Assembly: GCF_009914755.1 (NCBI RefSeq)
Contig: NC_060934.1
Direction: 5' to 3' (one strand)
Source of the DNA: the human T2T-CHM13v2.0 reference genome, Homo sapiens
Length of the DNA: 64,000 bases
Position 1 is the stretch's first letter. Each line of letters begins with the position of its first letter. Below the pieces are notes generated by a model. It was not told the DNA's origin and searched no databases. It saw only the letters and a list, made by a program, of their open reading frames with translations. This document shows positions 55,076 to 64,000 of this stretch, in pieces. Both the position numbers and the translations under genes were made by a program.

Positions 55076-56609
55076 TTCAGCTTCCTCTTTTTTAACCCCC
55101 TTCCTACTACATCCCCTTTAATCTGTTGTGCAGCCCAAGTTTAAAGAAACCAGGATGTTGAAAATGCCACATGACTCAGCAACTCATTTCTTCCTTCGAT
55201 ATTTGTAATAAAATTTCCTACTTCATGAACAGAAAACTAGTGAAATTCTCAACCAGTTAGCAAATGTGTAGACATGTCATTCTTCCTCATATTCAGAGTA
55301 TAAACTAGAATAGTTAGGTGCTTTAAAATCTCTCTACATCTCTGTGTGTGTGTGTGTGTACTTTATTATTTACACGGAAAATTATTCAATATACATATAC
55401 ATATCTATATATATCATAACATCTATCTCTCTATATAGAGAGAGTATCAGGAAATGTATATTGAATGTAATATTTTGTGTAAATAATGTAATGAGCCCTA
55501 GTGGTAGTAAAATTAAAAGCTACCATTCATGAAAACTGACAGCATATGAAATATAAAAAAATGTCTCTAGACCCTTTGACTCTGTAAACACATCTCTGGT
55601 GATCATCCAAGGGAAATCAAAAGTAGGAAAACACAAATACACAGCAATATTCACATTAGGGTTATTTATAAAGGACCTACTGTTTTTGACAGTAAGACAT
55701 TTATTTAATCTATTAAGCTAAATCCATTCAAACTTTCAGGTATTTTAAAATATGTTTAAATACTACTTAGCAGCCTAACATTTGGTTACGATATCTTCTC
55801 TTTTTTCAAAGAGCAGAATGCTTTAACAGCCTGAGTTTTTGGTTGCAAGAGCCAGAAGTCAACAATGGATAATTTTAACAAGAAACTCATAAAATAACAA
55901 CATTGAGCAATTGAAAGAATTACAAGGAGAAACACAAGGAGGGCTGCAAAAGTAGGATTTGAGTTAACATAGCCAAAAACAAAAAAGTATTTCATAGCAC
56001 ACCACAGTACTGGAAAATACCATTGGTGAGACTCTGAGAAAGACACCACAGCTTGCACTGCCGATGGCACTGACCACAAAGCCTGGTGCTGCCCTGAGAT
56101 TATTATGTAACTGCAGCTTTGGAAACCCCACTACAGCCATTGCTATCACCACTGCTACTCTCACCAGGGTGGATACTGGGCAGACCCTGTCCGTTCACAT
56201 TACCAGCTTCAAATTCAGATTTGAGGTTTATGTATCTAGTAGTGCATGGATAAGCACCCTCAAGATAAAGAAAAAGAGGGACCTGGCATATAATACAAGA
56301 GACTCTCTTATAAGGGCTTCTCCTTATAAGGGAAGGAGTCTTACTGTGCTTAATTTCTGAATTATAATTTATGAATTCGTAAGTTAGGTACAGGAAGACG
56401 TAATTCATTCAGGAATGTTTAGACCCAGATTAGACAAAAACAATGTCATGTGCCCACTAGAGACACAGAAATATATTAAACTATGGTTATAACTAAGCAA
56501 AACTCTTTGCATTAATACAAGGTTGCAATAAAATCATAATAGTAGCTGAGTTTACATTTAGCAATCTAGGTAATGTTTTCCTATTTCTCTAATGTTCTGT
56601 GTTATATTC

Positions 56610-57301
56610 TGATATGGTTTTAATGGTTTTGTCTCCTGCAAAACTCATGTTGAAACTTAATCCTCAATGCAATAGTGTTGGGAAATGGGACCTAATAGGA
56701 GGTGTCTGGTCATGAGGGCTTTGTCCTCAATAATGAATTAATGTCATTGTAAAAGGATGACACAGGCCCTAGTTTGCTTCTTTGTCCCTCTGCCTTATGT
56801 TACATGATGATGCAATAAGAAAGCCTTCACCAGATGCCAGTGCCTTGATCTTGGTATTCTCAGCCTCCAGAACCATGAGCCAATACATTTATGTTCATTA
56901 TAAATTACTCAGTCTCGGGTACTGTAGTTTCTTCTCCCCCCTGGGGGATATATTCCGAGACCCCCAGTGCATGCTTGAAACCACAGTAGCACTGAACCGT
57001 TTGTATATTAATAGCATATTTTTTTCATATACATAATACCTATGATGAATTTTACTTTATGAATTAAGCATAGTAAGAGATTAGCAACAATAATAAAATA
57101 GATCAATTATAACAATACACTGTGATAAAAGTTATGTGAAGGTACTTATTCTCTTTCCCTCTCTTGTAAACCATCTTATTGTACTGTACTCACCTATTTT
57201 CAGACCGTGGTTGACCAAGGGTAACTGAAACCATAGAAAGCAAAACTGTGATAATGGAGAACTTCTGTAATCTGTTATAGAAGCACAAACAGACTCATAT
57301 A
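56610..57301 (+). mobile_element. MST-family MaLR LTR split by MER44A
   Basis: 'tgatatggttt..aaaactcatgttgaaacttaatc..cagcctccagaaccatgagc..ataaattactcagtctc'; resumes 'tctgttatagaagcacaaacagact'. Confidence 0.85.
56922..57267 (-). mobile_element. MER44A (Tigger7 derivative)
   Basis: 'ttttcagaccgtggttgacc..gggtaactgaaacc..gaaagcaaaac'; TA on both flanks. Confidence 0.85.
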
Positions 57302-57721
57302 TACTCTTATCAAAAAAAAAAATATTTTCAAGTGTCCTTCCTCTCCTGAGTTAAAATTCAAGCTTCTGATGTCAGATTCTACCTTTTTCCTCCTTTTAAA
57401 ATACAAACCTGACATTCCTTAGGGCAACTAGCATAGGGCTTAGAAAATGATGGGTATTTCGAAAAGTCCTGAAAAATAATGGAGAGAGAGACAGTCTGAG
57501 GGCAAGAGGAAAAAAAAAATTAATGGATAAGCAATTGGATAATTCAGTGAACTAATGACTTTATTGGTTCTGGTAGAAATCTACCACAAGATCAGGGAAA
57601 CTTTCTTCTTCTCATTTTCACTATCATTTTTATCAACATTATTTACTACATAAAGCATCTGCCACAGTAAAGTCTGTGTCCATTTAATTGACATTATAAT
57701 TTTTCTTAATTATAAAAATCT

Positions 57722-57746
57722 CACACACACACACACACACACACAC
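57722..57746. repeat. (CA)n microsatellite
   Basis: direct reading. Confidence 0.95.
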
Positions 57747-58445
57747 TTCAATGAAACTGAGTAAATTACATCTGTTGTTAAGGACAAAGTAACATTAAGA
57801 AAAGCCTCAATTGTTTTGAGAAAACATTTTATCAATTTAATTGATATGCCTTTTTTTCAAAAAGCTAGGTAGAATGTGGTAAATGGATATACTAAGACAA
57901 GCAGGTACATAGATGTCATTCTTCCATGAACAACTGCTTGTTCTCCTTTCAGACACCAAGGCAGCAGACATGATCTCCCCAAGATCCAGTGATGGTCCAG
58001 AGTGAAAGGCGCTACAAAGGAATGGCTGCGGTTTGAGAACCTGAGTGCAAGGTGATTTTACCAGATGTCAGGAAAGAGAACATCAGCTGCTGTGCATAGT
58101 CCATGTAAATAAGAAAGTATTTTAAGTAGCATGCACTTATCCCACAGCATATCTTGATTATCCCTGAAATCCATAACTGCGCATGACTCTGTGAGGACTT
58201 GGATTCCTTATAATTTCCTTAGCCCTTGAATACCTGCAATTCAACTCCTGGGAGCATTCTTGCCAGCTCAACTGCCACATGTTTGGAAACACAGAAGAGC
58301 AGGCAAGAGGATAATTATGTGTTCTTCAAAGTCTGGAAAAGCCTCACTCTTGTGACTTAAATCCTGCTTGATATGCTCTCAGCAAGCTACTATCTTGACC
58401 TAGTAGTAATCACTTTTGAAAAGTAAGTAGCAAATATTCGTCCTG

Positions 58446-58447
<2 letters not shown>

Positions 58448-58488
<41 letters not shown>

Positions 58489-58489
58489 C
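58448..58489. repeat. (CA)n microsatellite
   Basis: direct reading. Confidence 0.95.
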
Positions 58490-58804
58490 CCCTATATCTG
58501 TATCTTCAGGTTTTAAAAATCTTTTGCTTTGCTCATACACCCAGATGCTTTGAGAATGAAAGGAAATTTCCTTAAGTTTCCTCGTTTTACATCTTGAGTA
58601 AATTTTAAAAAAATGAATCATAATTCAAAGCAAAGCAAATTAATAGCTTTTAAATTATAAGTAAAATGTTATTCACATGCTGAGACACTGTCCATAAAAT
58701 TAAGAGGCAGGTGTTTAATATGTTTTTTAATCTAAAAAGCAGGTATTGGAGAAAGAAAATAAGGTAACATAACACATACCAAGAACAAAGAAATTTAAAT
58801 CTCT

Positions 58805-59045
58805 ATCCATTAGAATGTTTTCAGCAACCAGTAACAGAAAACCTGACAAACTGTCACTTAAAGCACGAGAGCTTTCATAGTTTACATAAATAGAAGTCTG
58901 GATGAAAGTGGTTCCGAGTTTAATACAACAGCTCAACCACGTCATCCTAAGCATAAATTCCCTTTGCCCTTCTGGTTTGACAATCTCAGAGTATCAGATT
59001 TTCATTATCAGGAATGTATCTTCTTCATTCCGGTTCCAAACATGT
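58805..59045 (-). mobile_element. old MLT1-like LTR fragment
   Basis: 'ttagaatgttttcagcaaccagtaacagaaaacctgac..cagctcaac'. Confidence 0.45.
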
Positions 59046-59210
59046 TCAAAAAGGGAAAAAAAAATCCTCTGAAATAGAAATATAATAAAACAAAGTATTG
59101 CTGATAATTGTTTAATATTGTTATTATTATTTATGTACCAATGGAAATGATTGTGGCCTGAAGGTCAAAGTGATACTCAGGAAAAGATATCCCCTTCCCT
59201 ATTAAGAAGC

Positions 59211-59499
59211 CGCAAGAACAAAAAACCAAACACCGCATATTCTCACTCATAGGTGGGAATTGAACAATGAGATCACATGGACACAGGAAGGGGAACATCA
59301 CACTCTGGGGACTGTTGTGGGGTGGGGGGAGGGGGGAGGGATAGCATTGGGAGATATACCTAATGCTAGATAATGAGTTAGTTAGTGGGTGCAGCACACC
59401 AGCATGGCACATGTATACGTATGTAACTAACCTGCACAATGTGCACATGTACCCTAAAACTTAAAGTATAATAATTAAAAAAAAATAGAAAAAAAAAAA
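59211..59499 (+). mobile_element. short 5'-truncated L1PA2-like 3' end
   Basis: 'cgcaagaacaaaaaaccaaacaccgcatattc..aatgagatcacatgg'; GAG rather than ACA at the Ta site; TSD aagaagcc at 59204-59211 and 59500-59507. Confidence 0.93.
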
Positions 59500-60861
59500 A
59501 AGAAGCCCAAACTTTACTGAAACCTGCATCTGTAACTGATTTTCCCCTCTGCTGCATTAGCCACTACAGGATCATTCGCTGTCTCTTGCTGCAAGGAAGC
59601 TGGGGAAGTGTATATATTGGCAAAGGCTAACAGAATCAGCATCTTTCTTTTCCCTTTCTTCACACCTCCTCACTCCCCCAAAATTGTTTTGCATTAGCAA
59701 GAAAAAAAAGTAGTACAGAGCAAGAATTCCTGCTGCAAAGGGATGGAGTATAATATGGGTCACTTTGTTCTTCCATTTAGACAAGCGCGATTCTGAAAAT
59801 GATGCATGCAGAAAATTTTAGAATTGGGTAAAGTCCTTCTACAATGACTCTCTCAATATGTAAGGAGACCGTCCCCTCCTTATTTACCACTGTGATAATG
59901 ACAGCATGAAAAGAAAGCATTGGAAACCAGCTTTTTCTCCAAAGGGGTTCAACAAAGGATTTGTCCAGCATGGTAGTCCAGAAGAAATAGTTCTTGTTGT
60001 CAGATAAATTTGAGGATTTTCAATACACACTAGTATATTAAAGAGTGATAAATATTATAGCTAAAAATAGGCATAATGTCAAAAATGTTTTATATTATAA
60101 CTACTAATGTGGAGAGGTTGGTAAGTCATGTATGTCTTTCCCCTCTAAGGAAAACAGGCAAGTTTCTGATTGGGCACTTAATATTCTCTAAGAAAAGATC
60201 TTCTAATGGTACCAAGGTTGTCTCAGCTCACTGTTAATAGTGCTGCTCATTTATGCTGTGTTTTCTTTACACTTTTCTTTCTTCAGACTAAACAAAGTAT
60301 AAATTAGGCAGCAAGGAGTACGCAGTCTTACATTTATCCACCTAAGGGGGCTCAGACAGAAACAGATGAGTTTAAGCAGAGGCAAAACTGAAAATCAAGT
60401 TGAATTCCATCTTGAATTGTCACATGGAAAAAAATGACATTTGGTGAGATCTCAAAAGATTATGAAAATTAAGAGATAGCAATACAAGTCATGTGTGTTT
60501 CAATTGTGGATTTCACTGAGTTGACTTTAAGCAGGAATGCTACACAAGTCCTCGTTCTGCAAACAATTTGCAAGAGAAAGAGAAGAAACAGAGAAGATAC
60601 TCTCTCCTTAAAGAGACTAAAATTATACTCTTTTGTGCCTTCTATAACTTCCTGTATCTCTTTTTTCTTGACCAACTTCCACAAAGCGCTGTCATGAAAC
60701 AATAGCCAAACAGAAGTCTAAAAACTCTTGATAGGCACCATGCTGTCCAAGGGATCAATAATATTGAACTTAACTCCCAGGATCTGGCATATTAAGAAAC
60801 AAGAAATGTGTTATTTTATAAATATTCTGATGCCATCTTTAAAAATATATAACTCACTTAA

Positions 60862-61195
60862 TTTTTTAATTGTCATAAAAGACACATAACTTAAAACTTA
60901 TCATATAAACCATTTTTATGCATACAGTGCATTGGCATGAAGTACATTCACACTGTTGTGCAACCATTACCACTACCTATCTCCAAAACTCTTTTCATCT
61001 TGCAAAGCTGAAGCTGTATGATTAAACAAAATTTTCCTTTTCCCACCTGCTCCCAGCCTGTAGCAACCATCATTCTACTTTCTGTCTCTGAATTTGACTA
61101 TTCTAAATACGATATGTAAGAGAAATCCTATAGTACATCCTTTTGTGACCAGTTTATTTCATGTAGCAAAATGTTTTAAAGGTTTATCGTGTGTT
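60862..61195 (-). mobile_element. L1MB 3' end
   Basis: 'aagtacattcacactgttgtgcaaccattacc..ccatcattctactttctgtctctgaatttgacta'. Confidence 0.85.
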
Positions 61196-62859
61196 AAAGT
61201 GTCTCTAATGTTACTTTTAAAGTCGAGTTTCCCCTTCTGTCATTTGCTGGCTTAGGAAGATAAAGATTAAAGTCAAGGCAGATCCATCAGCAAAACAGTG
61301 GGCTAATAAATGACCAATACGGAAATGTCAAATCCTCATGGGTTTTCAATACAACTCCCACAGAAATTTCTTCAAATGTCGGTGACTGCAAGGGAGATAA
61401 TCTTTTGGATATTATTGTAATAGAAAGAGTTTTATGTACACTAACATACCAAACTCCTTTACCATGCCTGGAAATCTTCTCCACAAATAGTAAACTCAAG
61501 CCCAGTGAAGACCACCTCCATCTCAGAATCTAGCAGCATGTTATTTTAGTTTCTTTGAACAAGAAGGCTGATATAACTGAGTTTTACAGCTTAGTACCTA
61601 TGTTTGGGCATTTTCACCTAAATCATTTAATGAATACTTCAATTCTAAGTGATTTGTCAAAATGCTTTTCTTGCCTCCTTTACCTGATAAGGGGCACCTA
61701 TCATTGGGCTCTGCATGTCAGCTGGTGAGAACACACAAAGATGGGGAACACTGAGAAGGTTAGAAGTTGACTCTACTGCAGAAGTGACCAGAGTCCTTCC
61801 CAAATGGCCCCTCTCCCAAAGGATTCACACCAGCCTACCAACTTACTACTGTCCATCAAATATAGCAGGTAAGCGTCTGTCATTGGAATCCTCATTTTAT
61901 TTCTTTCTCCTCACTGGAATTGCTCCCCTTTAACATCCAGTTGTTGCACACAACTTTCCCCATCCTTTGGCTCAGGGATGTTCAGAGGCTTATTTTAAAA
62001 CATGCAGTTATTAAGTGATGATAGGTTTGGGATTTGAACACACATTTGACTGACTGGCACCAATGGCTATTCATATCCATTTAACTTTCTGTCCTAGTAA
62101 GAGGGGAGGTTGGGATTTTAACCTAAACAGTCCAAGGGTAGCATTCATGCCCTTAATCACTTTACCACTGTGACCTTTTAAAAAAAACTCACTCAAGTTG
62201 TTGGTAACACTCTGGATAGTGAAATCACACCCTGTTACCACAGCCTACCCCTCTCAGAGTTGAATAACTAATACGTTTATTTGAGGAGGAGACAGACATT
62301 TGATAGAAGTTAGGAATAATCCTTTCAACTAAAAATTGTATAAGGATGTAATATCCTAATATAAGAGAAGGCTAATCAATGACTCCATTGCTAATTTCAA
62401 ACACTGTTATAGGAATGAGGATGCTGTAATACTAGATTCAAAGCCTAATTAAACATGTAAGTCAAAGTTTTTACCACAGGCTTCCTCCTTCCTCCTCCTT
62501 TTCCCTGGATCTTACTGAATATTTGCTGGAGGCAGTTGAAGAGGTCCAGGATAAGGGAGGAAGAAGGCTGAGTGTGGTTGTAGCCTTATATAATTTGGAA
62601 CTGAGTAAAAAATGTAGTTAAGGAAAACAGTATGGCAAGACTTGGATCCCATCAAGGGAAGTGGCTGAGTGAGGTTGTGGTCCACCAAGATTGGGGGCTA
62701 AGTGAGGCAGGTGTTTGACACATTGTGCCCTTAGGCATTCAGTGTGCAGCAAGAACCCATGTAAGTGAGATGGCTTCTCTGGTGAGGAGTTGGTCAGTGA
62801 ATCACTAATACACAAGGATAATGTGCAAATAAGAAAATCAGTTATTGGGATAATGGAAG

Positions 62860-63683
62860 CCAGAATTCTCAGTGTCAGAGGAGGGAGTTACAAATAAAAC
62901 ATAGGGAGCCTAGAATGAACCATAAATTTTGGGGATTGAATTGACATTATTGATGCAAACTCATAATTTTCACTAATACAGGTAGATATAAAAATTAATA
63001 TAGAAAATTTGTGTATGTGATATGCACACAGAGTATTTCTAGCTCTATTCATTGGAAGACCAGTGGCAAAAGGTATATCTAGCCCTCTAATTATTTCTAG
63101 ATATTATTATTCATTAAAATGAACCAGAGCTCCTTGGAGAAAAGGATTTAACACTGGGACAATAAAAAGTATTATATATAACTGGAATATTTTATTGTAT
63201 CAATCAGCAAGAAGTATTCACAGAATAATAGTAAAGTATCAAAAAGCCATCAACGTTAGCTTAAAAGAGGCTTCCACTGGTCAATTTGGATAATTTGAGT
63301 TTAAGAGTAAATAATAATATAAACAGATTACAAACCATTAAATAACATGAAAATCTATGAGTTCATATTGATGTAAAAAATACATGACTAAATAGGCCAG
63401 GCACAGTGGCTCACTCCTGTGATGCTATCACTTTGGGAGGCAAGATGGGCAGATCGCTTGAGCCCAGGAGTTTGAGACCAGCCTGGGCAACATGGTAAGA
63501 CTCAGTGTCCACCAAAAATACAAAAAATTAGCCAGCTGTAGTGGCACCCACCTGTAGTCCCAGCTACTTGGGAAGCTGAGGTACGAGGATCAATTGAGCC
63601 TGTGGGGGCGGAGGTGGCAGTGAGCTGAGATTGTGCCACTGCACTGCAGCCTGGGTGACAGAGGGAGACCCTGTCTCAAAAAT

Positions 63684-63726
<43 letters not shown>

Positions 63727-64000
63727 TACTTCATATTAGAATGCCAAACAATAAATATAGGAGGAATTATGGTATTAGAAAAATATCCATTTGATAGCTT
63801 TCACAGTAATGACTGAAGCCAAAACTGATGGGAAAATTTAATGAGAAAAAAGATATTTAGCTAGTTTCAAAGTATATTCCCACAAGATATGTGTTAATTT
63901 CAAAAGGAAAATGTAAGAACTGTATAGAGGAGAAATCTGGTAGACACACCTGATCCAAACGGCACCAGTGTTAGCAGCACTAACAATGGGACAAATCCAT
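62860..64000 (+). mobile_element. L1MC4/5-like 3' UTR interrupted by AluJ
   Basis: 'attattcattaaaatgaaccagagctccttggaga', 'gaatgccaaacaataaatatag', 'ggagaaatctggtagacac'. Confidence 0.7.
63395..63724 (+). mobile_element. AluJb-like
   Basis: 'gatcgcttgagcccaggagtttgagaccagcctgggcaacatgg..gagaccctgtctc'; 37-A tail. Confidence 0.92.

Noticed and set aside
55786-56408. Overlapping 66-101 aa ORFs as a hidden gene
   Set aside because: No recognisable domain; the start resembles an old MLT1-type LTR and the lengths are within chance expectation.
59204-59507. L1HS-Ta (active human-specific) assignment
   Set aside because: It has GAG rather than ACA at the diagnostic site and A in cttaaagtat, which fits L1PA2 or older.

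Overview
This is AT-rich, CpG-depleted primate genomic DNA, probably hominoid or human: it carries a near-consensus AluYi6-like copy and L1PA2/3 insertions. It reads as intergenic or deep-intronic. I find no supportable protein-coding gene, rRNA, tRNA, CRISPR array or CpG-island promoter. The longer ORFs in the track come from L1 ORF2, Alu or Tigger sequence. The window is a layered record of transposable elements: Alus/FLAMs, young and old L1s, L2/MIR, ERVL/MaLR LTRs with internal fragments, and hAT-Charlie and Tigger DNA transposons, many nested and with readable target-site duplications. The points most worth follow-up are: a twin-primed L1PA2/3 with a 43-bp duplicated junction and a chimeric 322-codon ORF; a tandem Alu pair showing gene conversion; a very young AluYi-type insertion; several template-switch and micro-duplication scars; a phase-compatible pair of possibly decayed exons near 29.6-30.2 kb; and a few strong orphan splice-site pairs that could belong to lncRNAs. 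Subfamily names come from recalled consensus features and need RepeatMasker/Dfam confirmation. I cannot support a new biological system here.
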